A DNA stretch of 64,000 nucleotides, taken from IMG/VR virus record IMGVR_UViG_3300045974_000283, positions 1 through 64,000 of that record; one strand, 5' to 3'. The stretch is from a virus. Position 1 is the stretch's first letter. Every line of letters begins with the position of its first letter. The notes below the pieces were generated by a model. It saw only the letters and a list, made by a program, of their open reading frames with translations, was not told the DNA's origin and ran no database searches. Made by a program: the position numbers and the translations under genes. Below are positions 36,234 through 46,405 of the stretch, one piece after another.

Positions 36234-37996
36234 AGGCTCCGTTCGCTGTAGCGAGCTTCAACGGTCAGGCTTGCCAGCGTGTTGTAGAGGATCGGGTAGT
36301 CCGCCAGCGTAGGCAGCGGATCGGTGGACGGGGTGACGGTGCCGTCGTCCGTGAAGGTGAGACCCGTCGTTGAACCGATGACGCCCTGACCGCCGTAGCG
36401 GCCGACAACATAGTACATGGTCGCGCCAGGATAGGCGTCCCATGAGATGTCAACGTGCGAGCCGCTGTCAGTCACGTTGATTGAGCTGTAGTGCGCCGGA
36501 CGCGTGAGTCCGTTTGCGTCCTGCGCGTAGACCGAGTACGAGTAGAGGGCCGCAGGGAGTATCCCGTAGCTGTCCAGAGTCGTGAGCACGGGTTGCCGCA
36601 TCGGACGAGCGGACACGATCATGTCCTGGAGCGGTTCCAAGAGGTCGACGTACTCGATGCCTGAGTTGGACGCCAAAGCCGCACGGTAGACGTCCGACAA
36701 CGCTATATCCCAGCTCAGGTAGTTGGAACGGAGGGCGAACAGCGCGCGGATGGCCGCGTCTGCATCAGCAGCGCACTGCGTAGCGTCGGCCCAATTGAAG
36801 CATCGCACTGCGACACGAAGTGTCCGCGGGACAGCGACGGGGTCAACGAGGTAGAGAACCGGAGCGTACATGCAAGATTTCTGCATGTAGGTGAGGAAAG
36901 CCGCTTTGGTAGGTGCGTCCCACCCGGACGAAGTCAGCAGTGTCACCTGGATGGTGTTCATCCGACGAACGTCCGTGTGATCGAGCTCGCGCTGCGCGTA
37001 GAGCTTGGCGTCTACGACACCAGGATAGCTGAGCGCCGTGTTCTTGTACTGATCACGAGTGACCGCTGAATCGAAGTTGCCGAAGTTGGAAGCGCTCAGG
37101 GTTTTGTAGGTCAGCGGCGAGGGCTGATCACCACCGCCCGTGGGAGTGCTGACGAAGGCGTAGGTCAGGCCAGATGCCAGCGTCGTGACGGGGTTGATCT
37201 TCGCGTCGGTGACCGAGATGTTGTTTCCATCGGAGCCGGAGGTCACCGCATACAGGATGCGGACGAGGTCGGTGTTTGCAGGCTTGTAGCCGAAGTTGTC
37301 GTTACCGAAGCTGAGCTTCAAGCGACCGTCCGGGGTCGTGCGGTCGAGCACCTTCTGAGCTGAGGAGCCGTCGTTGCGATGCAGCCAGAGGCCGTCGCGC
37401 ACTACATCTTGACGGTCACCGTTGGCATAGACCACGACGTGACCCTCCATGTCAGAAACCGTGAAGTTCTTCTCCGGCGACACGAACGTGACGTAGTCGT
37501 AGCCGGGGCCTTGGATGGTCTGATCGATGACGTAGCCCTGATAGAAGGTGACCGCCTCCGTGCTACCATCAGCCACGACCACAGAGTCCGTACTGAACCA
37601 GTAGGTGCCCGCTCCCTGGAACTGAGTGAAGGCCACGATGGTCGCCGAGGGATTGGCACCATCACCCGGAACCGTCACACGCGAGGGGTCAACGTAGCTG
37701 ATGTTCACCGTCAGCGAGGCCGGGGTCTTGCGCGTCAGTCGGAGGCCTTGCGTGTCCGCGATGGCGTACTGCGCTCGTGCAGCGACGGCCGTTTCCGAGA
37801 AGGCGTCTTGCGAAAAGCGCAGACCCTTCATCTGAGCGCTGGAACCCACCGTGGCGATGAAATCCAGCAGGGCCTGTCCGGTCTGCGTAGGTAGCAAACC
37901 CTTCCAAGCGTCTTTGGTGGACAGGCGCGATTGCAGTTGGGAACGGATGCCCTCGAAGTCTGGTTGGAGCGTGGAAAGGTAGATGGGATCAGGCAT
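36230..37996 (-). CDS. baseplate wedge subunit (T4 gp6 / gpJ-like)
   Basis: DFEGIRSQL...GQALLD start, FGNDNFGYKP, SAVTRDQY...YPGV; C-terminal FN3-like add-on. Confidence 0.85.
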   Translation of the reverse strand: MPDPIYLSTLQPDFEGIRSQLQSRLSTKDAWKGLLPTQTGQALLDFIATVGSSAQMKGLRFSQDAFSETAVAARAQYAIADTQGLRLTRKTPASLTVNISYVDPSRVTVPGDGANPSATIVAFTQFQGAGTYWFSTDSVVVADGSTEAVTFYQGYVIDQTIQGPGYDYVTFVSPEKNFTVSDMEGHVVVYANGDRQDVVRDGLWLHRNDGSSAQKVLDRTTPDGRLKLSFGNDNFGYKPANTDLVRILYAVTSGSDGNNISVTDAKINPVTTLASGLTYAFVSTPTGGGDQPSPLTYKTLSASNFGNFDSAVTRDQYKNTALSYPGVVDAKLYAQRELDHTDVRRMNTIQVTLLTSSGWDAPTKAAFLTYMQKSCMYAPVLYLVDPVAVPRTLRVAVRCFNWADATQCAADADAAIRALFALRSNYLSWDIALSDVYRAALASNSGIEYVDLLEPLQDMIVSARPMRQPVLTTLDSYGILPAALYSYSVYAQDANGLTRPAHYSSINVTDSGSHVDISWDAYPGATMYYVVGRYGGQGVIGSTTGLTFTDDGTVTPSTDPLPTLADYPILYNTLASLTVEARYSERSL

Positions 37997-37997
37997 G

Positions 37998-38432
37998 TCA
38001 GTTCCTCAGGATGAAGTTTTCGGTGGAGCGGATCCCGTTGAAGAGGATCTGGACTGCCACCCGGTAGAGCTGATTGTTTCGATCGGGCACGACCGTGATG
38101 TCCGACGGTGAGACCCGCACACGGGGCTCCCACTTGTAGATCGACTGATACAGCGTGATGCCGAGCAGCTGACCCGTCTTCTCATCGACAGGCTCTTGCA
38201 GCATGTCGTAGACGCCCGAGAAATAGTCTGGCGTGAAGATGCGTGACCGGGTGCCCCGGAACGCCAAGATGAGGTTCCGAATGGAAGCCATCACAGCGAC
38301 CCGGTCGTAGACCAGAACCGGGACACCTTCACCCTGCACGGGGTTGACATCGACGTACCGGGCGTCCGATCGCCGATGGTTCGGGGCAATCAGGAACTCC
38401 GGCAGGGTATCAGCGTTGTCTGAGATAGCCAT
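37998..38432 (-). CDS. gp25/gpW-like baseplate protein
   Basis: AVMASIRNLIL...GTR...PDY...SIYKWEPRV. Confidence 0.88.
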   Translation of the reverse strand: MAISDNADTLPEFLIAPNHRRSDARYVDVNPVQGEGVPVLVYDRVAVMASIRNLILAFRGTRSRIFTPDYFSGVYDMLQEPVDEKTGQLLGITLYQSIYKWEPRVRVSPSDITVVPDRNNQLYRVAVQILFNGIRSTENFILRN

Positions 38433-38441
38433 GACAGCTCC

Positions 38442-39239
38442 TTAGGTTGGAAGCGGAGGCGTCGTGGAAGACGAACCCGACATGACGCCCGCATGGGTAT
38501 GAGTGAGCAGCGAGATGCCGTTCGCCACGACGTCCAGCTGGAAAGTTGCCAGACCCGAATGGCTTTCCGCCTGTGAGTTGACAACGAGCGCGCCCTGGAT
38601 GGTCTGAGTCTTGGTCAGGCCCACGAATTCCGTGTCCAGCCCACTGAGCGTAGCGGTTCGGTTGCCTGTGACCGCTGTCGTCTGACTGCCAGCGATGACT
38701 TCGTTCAGATCGCCGCCGACTTGCAAGGTGTACGAGCCCTTGACGATGTCGGTGCGGTTGCCCATCACCAGCGTTGCCATGTCGCCCGCCGCGTTGATGG
38801 CGTAGCACGTTCCCGAGTTGTGACGGAAGTAGTGCTCGCCTGTTGACACGTCGAAGTATGACAGATCACCCTTCGGCGTGACGTAGCCGATGCGGTGCGG
38901 ATAGTTCGTCTTCAGCTCGTCCGGCAGAATAAAAGTGCCCGCAGCCATGTCCGCGACATAGACTCCGTGCTCCAGATCGCCGTCTTCGAACATGACTTCC
39001 ACACGCGAGCCCACCGCTGGGACGTTGACAACTCCGTAGTTGTCGCCCATGCCGAACGGCGAGTACAGACGGGGCCGAATCCAAGGGAGCGTATCAACAG
39101 CGCCTTCGAGCAGGGAAGGTACGACCACCTTGATGCGTTGATGCTGATCGGGGTCTTCGTTGAAGATGACCCATCCGACCACGGAGCCAGCGGTATCGCC
39201 TCGCTTGCTGAACTCTACGCCAGGAGCACTGAATGACAT
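38442..39239 (-). CDS. baseplate central spike (gp5/gpV-like)
   Basis: OB-fold DPDQHQRIKV...VPAVGSRVEVMFEDGD, beta-helix repeats, iron-binding tip THTHAGV. Confidence 0.9.
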   Translation of the reverse strand: MSFSAPGVEFSKRGDTAGSVVGWVIFNEDPDQHQRIKVVVPSLLEGAVDTLPWIRPRLYSPFGMGDNYGVVNVPAVGSRVEVMFEDGDLEHGVYVADMAAGTFILPDELKTNYPHRIGYVTPKGDLSYFDVSTGEHYFRHNSGTCYAINAAGDMATLVMGNRTDIVKGSYTLQVGGDLNEVIAGSQTTAVTGNRTATLSGLDTEFVGLTKTQTIQGALVVNSQAESHSGLATFQLDVVANGISLLTHTHAGVMSGSSSTTPPLPT

Positions 39240-39248
39240 GTTGAATCC

Positions 39249-41144
39249 TTAAGGCAGCAGATCAGTGACCGAAGCGATGGAGGAATCCTTCGTCGTGGTC
39301 AAGATGGAAGAGGCGTTCGTAGCCTGATTTGAGATATCAGATGCGGTGGAAGACAGGCTATCTACTGCACCTGAGACCGCACTCTGCGCGCTTGAGATCG
39401 CTGAGCTCACGCTCGCTAGACTGCCGAGACCCGCCGCTGAAACGATGGATGCGAAGGACGGAGGCGAGAGCATGGACAGAGCTGCGCTGATGTGCGGGAT
39501 GGCACCACCGAGTCCCGGAAACGACGACGCCAAGGAGCCCAAGCTAGACGCGGCTCCGAGAGCACTCGATGCGGCCCTCGCGGCTTGAGGGGCCACAGAC
39601 TCGATTGCTGCCCGAGGCGACTCGACCGCAGAGGTGATGTCTGACGTAGCTGTCGCGGCCACCGCAGCCGCTGCTCCCATGGAGTCGGTCGGGTCGGACG
39701 CCAGGATGCCGGTGATGGTTCCGGTCGCCGTAGACACCAGACTGGACGCACCCGCAGCGACACCCGACAGACTGCCCCTGATGTCCGGCACCGTGGCACC
39801 AGTCAAGGCAGTCAAGGTGCGCGCCGCGCCAAGAGATGCTCCGGCTCCGGCTGACGAGATCGACCCTGTGATGGTTGATGTGGCCTGTGCGATGGCATCT
39901 GTAAGAAACGAAAAGCTCAATGGAATCAAAGACGCGGCTGAGGCCACCGGAGCGGGAAGGCTGGCCGTCCTCTTGAGGGGAGCGCTCGCGGTGGACGCCG
40001 ACTTGGCGAGAGCCGAGTTGACCGTGCGGCGAAGCAAGGAGAACCGCTCCGCGTAGTGGCCTTGAGTGATGTAGATCACCTTCGTGGCGATGCGGTACAG
40101 GCCCTTCCAAGCTGAGGCTGATGCGTTCGACTCTTCCAGCAGAGTCGTGATTACGTTTGTGCAGTCAGTGATATGAAACGGCGTCATCACCGGGGTGACT
40201 AGCTCGAACTGCGATGAGAACAAAGATTGGACACGCGAGTTCTGGTAGCGGGCGCTCTGGCTGTTCTCGTGGGCGTTGCCCGGAGAGATAGGACCGAAGC
40301 GCACGTTGCCCTCATTGATGGACGACTTCACCTCACTGTTGACCATCAACTGGCCTTGCTCGTTGACAACCGTTCCAATCGCCGAGTGCTTGGTGTTGAT
40401 AGACTCGGCGTCCAACAGGTTCTGCTCCACCACCGCACCCGCATATCCAGCGCGGATGTTCTCCACGCCAGAGTTCGTTGAGGGCTTGTAGGAGACCGCT
40501 GGGTAGCCGCTGCGCCCTGACATGTCAAGGATACCAAAGCTTCCCACCGGGTTATCCATCGAGGTGATGTCGCGGTAGACGAGCGTCTTGTCCGTGGTCA
40601 CCGCGATCATCATGCACGAGTTCTCGGTAGCGTAGCCGCGCTCAGCAACGTACTTGGCAAACGAGTTGATCGTCTTGTTGCCAGGATACCAAATCTGCTG
40701 ATCGGAGGTACCGACGCCGCTGAAGGTGAACCCGCACGTGTCGGCCACCTTCTTGAGCACGTCGCTCGACGAACCCTTCACCGGATCTTTCAGGGTAGCG
40801 GCCAGATACTTGGGAGCGTCGAGCAGGGCTTCGATCAAGTAGGTATCCGCAGCCGGACCGGGCTCGCGCTTCTTGGATGCCAGACGGAACTCAACCGTGG
40901 ACAGCTTGGAGCCTTCCAGTGTGCCGCTGCCGAAGACCACCTTGATGAGCGTAGCGTCGGCCAGCGCGCCGTTCTGGATGAGCCACTGCTCGCCGTCCTT
41001 CAACGATATGGTCAGCATCGGCAGCTGAAGCATCGTCGACTCCACGATGTGGATGAAGTCGAAGGAGTTGACTTGGTTGAACGGGAACTCCAACCCGTTG
41101 AAGTAGAGCTCGACGTAAACTTGGTCTTGTAGTGAGTAGGCCAT
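39249..41144 (-). CDS. baseplate hub (gp27/gpD-like) with long Ser/Ala-rich tail
   Basis: Position before the spike; GSSSDVLKKVADTCG-type segment; last about 250 aa low complexity. Confidence 0.7.
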   Translation of the reverse strand: MAYSLQDQVYVELYFNGLEFPFNQVNSFDFIHIVESTMLQLPMLTISLKDGEQWLIQNGALADATLIKVVFGSGTLEGSKLSTVEFRLASKKREPGPAADTYLIEALLDAPKYLAATLKDPVKGSSSDVLKKVADTCGFTFSGVGTSDQQIWYPGNKTINSFAKYVAERGYATENSCMMIAVTTDKTLVYRDITSMDNPVGSFGILDMSGRSGYPAVSYKPSTNSGVENIRAGYAGAVVEQNLLDAESINTKHSAIGTVVNEQGQLMVNSEVKSSINEGNVRFGPISPGNAHENSQSARYQNSRVQSLFSSQFELVTPVMTPFHITDCTNVITTLLEESNASASAWKGLYRIATKVIYITQGHYAERFSLLRRTVNSALAKSASTASAPLKRTASLPAPVASAASLIPLSFSFLTDAIAQATSTITGSISSAGAGASLGAARTLTALTGATVPDIRGSLSGVAAGASSLVSTATGTITGILASDPTDSMGAAAAVAATATSDITSAVESPRAAIESVAPQAARAASSALGAASSLGSLASSFPGLGGAIPHISAALSMLSPPSFASIVSAAGLGSLASVSSAISSAQSAVSGAVDSLSSTASDISNQATNASSILTTTKDSSIASVTDLLP

Positions 41145-41152
41145 GATGCCCC

Positions 41153-41509
41153 TTAGAGCAGGGTGACGTTGGAGTTCGGCAGGTAGTTCGTTCCTGAGTT
41201 CTCAGACTGACGAGCCTGTATGAACGCCATCAAGCGGTTCCTATCGGGAATGCGCAGTTGCACACCGGGCTGGACATCGCGGATGGAATCGTACAGACCG
41301 TTGAACATGAGCAGCGCCCACCAGAGGAACGGCGAGCCGAGCTTCTCCTGCGCGAGGCCGGGCAGATTGGCTGTCCACTGCGCGTCGACGACAACGGTCT
41401 CGACGGACGGAACCGAGAAGGCGATGTCCTTGAACGGGGCGTCCCAGAAGTTGATGGCGTCTTTCTCGTCCGTGGCCTGCACGAACACTTCGATCTGAAA
41501 TGCTGACAT
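41153..41509 (-). CDS. LysM/gpX (gp53)-like baseplate protein
   Basis: LPGLAQEKLGSPFLWWALLMFNGL...PGVQLRIP. Confidence 0.8.
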   Translation of the reverse strand: MSAFQIEVFVQATDEKDAINFWDAPFKDIAFSVPSVETVVVDAQWTANLPGLAQEKLGSPFLWWALLMFNGLYDSIRDVQPGVQLRIPDRNRLMAFIQARQSENSGTNYLPNSNVTLL

Positions 41510-41517
41510 GGTTCACC

Positions 41518-42585
41518 TCAACTTTTCTTGATGACGTTACCTTGAGCGACCAGTTGACGAACATAGTTCTTAGCGCGTTCATCATAGAAGATCTCGGCCA
41601 AGTCGTCGAAGGTCAGATCGGTGAACGGGTCAAAGGCCACCGAGCCCTCGATACGTTGATAGTTGCCCGTGGGAACACCGTCACGACCCATCACGGGTTG
41701 GACGAAGGTCTTGTGCTGAACGTCCTTGATCACGACAGACGGGAACGTGAGATACGTTCCGATCTGGACTGAGGTCATGTTGGTCGTATGCTGACGAACG
41801 AAGTCGTCTACGCCTCCGGACAGCTTCAATGCCGCCTCGCTGGTCTTGGCAGAGAGGGCTGCGATGTCTCCAGCGCTCAACTGTTTGTATTCCTCAGCGA
41901 CCGCTTTGAAGACTCCCGTGGCTGCGTCTTTGGCGGCCTCCAATATTCCACCTGAGTTGTTCGCGCCTGCGACTAGTCTGGTAGCGACATTCTGCAGATT
42001 CTGTATTCCAATTGAGACCGCTTGGTCCAAAGGAAGTCGAGGTCCAGGAGCCGCGAGTACAGCGCCTTTCTTGCCACCTTGCAGCCGTGGCATTGTGAAG
42101 CTGAGTAGGCTGATCAGCGGTTCCAGGACATCGGTGTAGTCATCCGTTCGAGCTTGAAGAACGAACGGAAGACTGATGCCAGTCGTGGCAGAACCTGTCC
42201 ACACCTTCGCAGTGAGGGCCTGCGTGACAAGCTGAAGGCCCGCTGCACGAGCGAGACCAGACGCACCCTGAGCGAGCCTTGCCACACCGCGTTCCATAAC
42301 CGAGCCGATCAGTTCGCGGAATGGGGTGTCGTATTCTGCGGTGGACGACCAGTCGAAGTCAGGTGGAAGCGCGGCAGAGAAGGTCACGTTGGCTTCTGTC
42401 GAATGGATGATAAACGAGTACTCAGGCAAAAGCGGGCTGTAGACACCGCGCGTCGTATTGTTGCCGCCGAAGCGGGCGACCATGTCGGAGATCGGCGAGG
42501 GAATCGCGTTGCGAAGCCCGGAACTCAAATCGTTCAAGCCGTTCAGGGCTTGCGACATCGGATTCGTGGAAAAGAAGTCTGGCAT
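41518..42585 (-). CDS. tail tube initiator (gp48/gp54-like)
   Basis: Position after the lytic transglycosylase; tube-like beta strands (KVWTGS, FPSVVIKDV). Confidence 0.6.
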   Translation of the reverse strand: MPDFFSTNPMSQALNGLNDLSSGLRNAIPSPISDMVARFGGNNTTRGVYSPLLPEYSFIIHSTEANVTFSAALPPDFDWSSTAEYDTPFRELIGSVMERGVARLAQGASGLARAAGLQLVTQALTAKVWTGSATTGISLPFVLQARTDDYTDVLEPLISLLSFTMPRLQGGKKGAVLAAPGPRLPLDQAVSIGIQNLQNVATRLVAGANNSGGILEAAKDAATGVFKAVAEEYKQLSAGDIAALSAKTSEAALKLSGGVDDFVRQHTTNMTSVQIGTYLTFPSVVIKDVQHKTFVQPVMGRDGVPTGNYQRIEGSVAFDPFTDLTFDDLAEIFYDERAKNYVRQLVAQGNVIKKS

Positions 42586-42590
42586 TTTTC

Positions 42591-43826
42591 CTATCCTATC
42601 TTGACTAGACGACCCTGAGTATCCTTGAAGACGGTAGGGGTCGAAGGCGCAGCCGGAGTTTGACTGCTCTGTGGGACGGATGTCGTTGAGGGCTGATCGT
42701 CTGCCACCGTAACTGGTGGAGGCAACGTGATACGCGATGCCACCTTGTTGGACGGAGCAGCGGAAGGCGTGGACGGAGCTACGGGCTTCACAACCGCCGT
42801 CGTGGACTTCGGCGTGTCTGGCTTGGTCAGGGCCACCGACCGCATCGTCAACTCTGGGTGTTTATCAACTTTCTTGTCAGTCGACAGCTGAGCGAGCCCT
42901 TGGTTCTGCAGAAGCTGATTGTAGGCCACTGCCTTGTCGCCCACGCGACCGCTGTAGATGTCCCAGATCTCCGCAAACGTGCGAGGCATCTTGCGGCCAT
43001 TCTTGGGATCTTTGTAGAAGACGTCAGCGTTGGAGCCAGCCGCCTTGGCAAGAGACGTAGCGGCCGGAGCGTTCGGATTGTTGTTCAACCCGTTGAAGAA
43101 AACCCTGACGTCGCCCGGACCCAAGAAGTGCGCCATGTAGACGGAGGTCGGTGTGATAGGCGCACCCGGAACCTTCTTCAGGATGTCCACGTTCTCCTTA
43201 GCGTACAGCGCACCCATGATGGCAGAGGAGCGGGCGTCTTCGATGTCCTGGATGCGGATACCGTAGGCCGGGCTGTCACGGTTGTGACTGTACTTCGCCA
43301 CCATGTTCGCCCACGTTCCTTTGGTGAACTGGAACAGACCGCGAGCCGAGGATGTGCCTGCACCCGCGTTCGGGTCGAACGAGCTTTCGGCAGAGGCAAT
43401 CGACAGCATCATACCGGGGTCGACACCGACGCTACGAGCCGCGCTGACGATGATGTTGCTGACCGTCGTCGTGGGGATTGCTACGCTGACGCTGCCCGCA
43501 GGCGTCCGAGCCTTGGCAAGCTCCATCGTGACGTCGGATACCGATGAAGGTTGCGGAAGTGACTCATCACGTTCCGGTGCTCCGGCAGCCTCTTCAGGAG
43601 TTGGAGCCCGCTCTTCGCCTTGGTCTTCCAAGTCTGTCTCAAAGAACATCTTGTAGAACTCGCGCGCCGCCACGGCGAGGGCGGTGCCGAGCACGACCAT
43701 CATCAGAGTGGATGAAACCTTCCGAAGTTTCAGTGGACTTGCTTTGGGGCCGTCCTCAGGGTTCAGGTCCGCCAGAACGGTCGGAAGGTCGTGAACTAGG
43801 GATCGGACCATACTGGAGGCCAGCAT
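42591..43826 (-). CDS. tail-associated lytic transglycosylase (SLT)
   Basis: IASAESSFDP...SSARGLFQF...YMAHFLG. Confidence 0.88.
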   Translation of the reverse strand: MLASSMVRSLVHDLPTVLADLNPEDGPKASPLKLRKVSSTLMMVVLGTALAVAAREFYKMFFETDLEDQGEERAPTPEEAAGAPERDESLPQPSSVSDVTMELAKARTPAGSVSVAIPTTTVSNIIVSAARSVGVDPGMMLSIASAESSFDPNAGAGTSSARGLFQFTKGTWANMVAKYSHNRDSPAYGIRIQDIEDARSSAIMGALYAKENVDILKKVPGAPITPTSVYMAHFLGPGDVRVFFNGLNNNPNAPAATSLAKAAGSNADVFYKDPKNGRKMPRTFAEIWDIYSGRVGDKAVAYNQLLQNQGLAQLSTDKKVDKHPELTMRSVALTKPDTPKSTTAVVKPVAPSTPSAAPSNKVASRITLPPPVTVADDQPSTTSVPQSSQTPAAPSTPTVFKDTQGRLVKIG

Positions 43827-43835
43827 AGAACTTCC

Positions 43836-46202
43836 TTAGCTGCCGAAGGCGTTATACATCATCAGAGCAGAACTTGGGTCAGCGAACATTGGGATGCCGG
43901 ACACGTTGAGCGCCGGAATCTGCGACTGCGTTCCTGTGCGCGGAGCCGCAGTCGGGCCGGGTTGGCTCACACCATTCGGGCCGGGCGAAGGAGCTTGTTG
44001 CTCCGACGGAGTAGACATCCGGGCGTTCCGCGTGTTCTGCATTGGACCACCACGACCCATCGCCCGAGGCGAAGTTCCCGAGCTAGATAGGGCCTGAGCG
44101 CTGATGTAGTCGATCTTGGAGCCGGGGTCGCCGTTCACCTGATCGTAGATCCACGAGCCGAAGCTCGTACCCATCATCTCCTCGAACTTCTTGTTGAATT
44201 TGTTGCCCAAGAAGCGGCCCGCGTCCATTGGATTGAGGATAGCGTCCATCACGCTCAGGCTGTCAACCGTCTTGCCCTCAGCCTCTTCATAGATGCCCAT
44301 GACCGTACCGATGGCGGTTGCCACCCATCCGGCCTTGTTGGCAATCTTCATCAGCGAGGCGACACGTGGATTGCTGGCAAGCGTAGACGCGGCGGAGCGT
44401 AGGGTGTTCACGCCTTTCGATGCGACCCACTCAGCGCCCTTGCCGACAGCCGACAGACCGTCGCCCACTGCGCCTCCCACTGCGCGAGCACCTGTCGTGA
44501 TGGCCTCGCCTGCACGACCCGCGAGGTTGAGAGCCGCCGTTCCGATGCGTGAAGCGCTCACGCCAGAGACCGCGCCACGAACAGCGGTTGCACCGCCGCG
44601 AACAGCCTTGGTCACGTTGCCGACGACCTTCTGTGCAGCAGAACCTTCCCAGCCGAACTTCGACTTGAAGAAGTCGCCCACCTTGGCGGTGAACTCTTCA
44701 ACAGACGCCCACTTCTCGCCGAAGAACTTCTTCATCGTGTCCCACTTCTCACCCGTGAGTTTCTTCAACTCTTCCATCTTGCCTTCGAGATACTTGTAGG
44801 CGTCGGACTCCTTGATCGCAGCCTTGATTGTGTTGTAGATGGACTTGATGCCGTTCCACGCACCCTTCGCCAGTTTCGCAGCAAGACCCGTGACCAGCGA
44901 TCCGGCCACGCCGAGCAGACCAGCCATCCATGGATTGCGGAACCAGTCCATGATCGAGCCTGAGCCAGAACCGTCGCTGGGACGAACGCGTCGTGCGAGG
45001 TTGCGCGCCAACGTAGCAATGGACTCCAAGGCGCGGATCTCCCGGCCTTCGTTCATGCGCTGACCCGCGTCAAGGTAGGACGACTGATTGTTGCGGGCGT
45101 TGCGGTAGATGTTTCGGTAAGGTGACTGGGGCTGAGGGTCGTCGGGACGAGTCAGCGGAGCCGTGTACGAGGGACCACCCGTAGCAGGCGGCTGAGAAAG
45201 CGGTGAAGTTGACGGAGGCGTGAAGTTGGCCGGGCCACCACGACGCACTACCTCCGCTTGCAGGTTGGAACGCTGAGCCACCAGATTGGTTCGCGCCGCA
45301 GAGAGGGACAGCTTCTGCAGTTCTTTGGTCTTGCTGACGATGTCTTGCTTGCGCTGTTTCTCGGAGGCCAAGAACTTGCTGACCGCCGTGATGCCAGTGC
45401 GGTCCTTGATCTTCTGTACCGTGTCCTTGAAGGACTTGTTGATGGCGTCAACAATGGGGTCAACAGTCTTCCGCCGCAGGAAGGAGTGGTTGAGTCGGGC
45501 AATCTCCTTGCGGAGGTTTTCGATCTTCTCTTCCTGTTTCTGCTTCTTGGTCTTGGCCGCTTCGACCTTGTCCTCTTCGGCTTCCTTCTCGCGCTGTTCC
45601 TTCTCAATGGTATCCAGGTCCTGGATGGACTTGTTCAGGGCTTCGATCTGCGAGGAAACCGTCTCGTCTCGGTAGCCTTGGATCTCACGAACGGCCGACT
45701 GGTTGAGCATCTTGGAGGTGTGGACGTACTCCTCGTAGAGGTGCAACGACTTCTGGCGGAAGCGGCGTTTCTCTTCCTCGACGCGGTGTTCGTAAGCCTG
45801 CTCGACACGACGCCGAGCGTAGTCCTCGCGAGCACCTTGCAGACGATCAGCAGACTCCCGTGCCAGACGGGTGAGAGCTTGGTTAGCACGGGTCAGCGTC
45901 ACTTTCGCGCGGTCGCGTTGTTTCTGTCCAACCTCGCGCAGTCCCTTCATCAGCGTTTGCAGGCGTTCCTTCGCGCGTTCGTAAGCCTCCGAACCCTGAA
46001 GGGAATCGGCCAGATTGCGAGCGGCGTTGGCACCGTTGTGGATAGCTTCCTCAGCCGTTTCCATGGCGAACTCGACCTCGCTCAACATGGAGTTGTAGAT
46101 CGCGTTCGTGCGGGCGTCGAGTTGGCTCTGGGTCATGCGCGGTCGCGCAGAGCCCCGAGGGGCTCGTTGCGAACCGGGCCGTGAACGTGAAATGGAAGCC
46201 AT
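43836..46202 (-). CDS. tape measure-like protein
   Basis: Long coiled coils, Gly/Ala-rich amphipathic repeats, canonical position after the chaperone genes. Confidence 0.7.
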   Translation of the reverse strand: MASISRSRPGSQRAPRGSARPRMTQSQLDARTNAIYNSMLSEVEFAMETAEEAIHNGANAARNLADSLQGSEAYERAKERLQTLMKGLREVGQKQRDRAKVTLTRANQALTRLARESADRLQGAREDYARRRVEQAYEHRVEEEKRRFRQKSLHLYEEYVHTSKMLNQSAVREIQGYRDETVSSQIEALNKSIQDLDTIEKEQREKEAEEDKVEAAKTKKQKQEEKIENLRKEIARLNHSFLRRKTVDPIVDAINKSFKDTVQKIKDRTGITAVSKFLASEKQRKQDIVSKTKELQKLSLSAARTNLVAQRSNLQAEVVRRGGPANFTPPSTSPLSQPPATGGPSYTAPLTRPDDPQPQSPYRNIYRNARNNQSSYLDAGQRMNEGREIRALESIATLARNLARRVRPSDGSGSGSIMDWFRNPWMAGLLGVAGSLVTGLAAKLAKGAWNGIKSIYNTIKAAIKESDAYKYLEGKMEELKKLTGEKWDTMKKFFGEKWASVEEFTAKVGDFFKSKFGWEGSAAQKVVGNVTKAVRGGATAVRGAVSGVSASRIGTAALNLAGRAGEAITTGARAVGGAVGDGLSAVGKGAEWVASKGVNTLRSAASTLASNPRVASLMKIANKAGWVATAIGTVMGIYEEAEGKTVDSLSVMDAILNPMDAGRFLGNKFNKKFEEMMGTSFGSWIYDQVNGDPGSKIDYISAQALSSSGTSPRAMGRGGPMQNTRNARMSTPSEQQAPSPGPNGVSQPGPTAAPRTGTQSQIPALNVSGIPMFADPSSALMMYNAFGS

Positions 46203-46210
46203 GATTTTCC

Positions 46211-46405
46211 TTAGCGTCTGCGCCTACCGGGTGGAGGCTGTTTCTCTCGGTCTGCCCGTTCCTTCTGCCGCTTTTCTCGGAGCGTCGCCGCCTTGGAGAT
46301 CATGAAGGTAAGCTCGACGACGGGTTGATCCATCGAGAGCAGAACTCCGTATTCCTCAGCTACATCGGCGATGCCATTCAGCAAATAGTCCTGGGAGAAC
46401 CGATC
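46211..46405 (-). CDS. second tail-assembly chaperone ORF (gp51/gpT-like), absent from the ORF track
   Basis: DRFSQDYLLNGIADVAEEYGVLLSMDQPVVELTFMISKAATLREKRQKERADREKQPPPGRRRR. No early ATG; reachable by a +1 shift at CTT TGA or by TTG at 46384. Confidence 0.65.
   Translation of the reverse strand, partial: DRFSQDYLLNGIADVAEEYGVLLSMDQPVVELTFMISKAATLREKRQKERADREKQPPPGRRRR

Noticed and set aside
42591-46202. Separate lytic transglycosylase and tape measure genes as a split or frameshifted gene
   Set aside because: Each has its own start, RBS and stop; a separate tail lysozyme gene is ordinary in large myoviruses.
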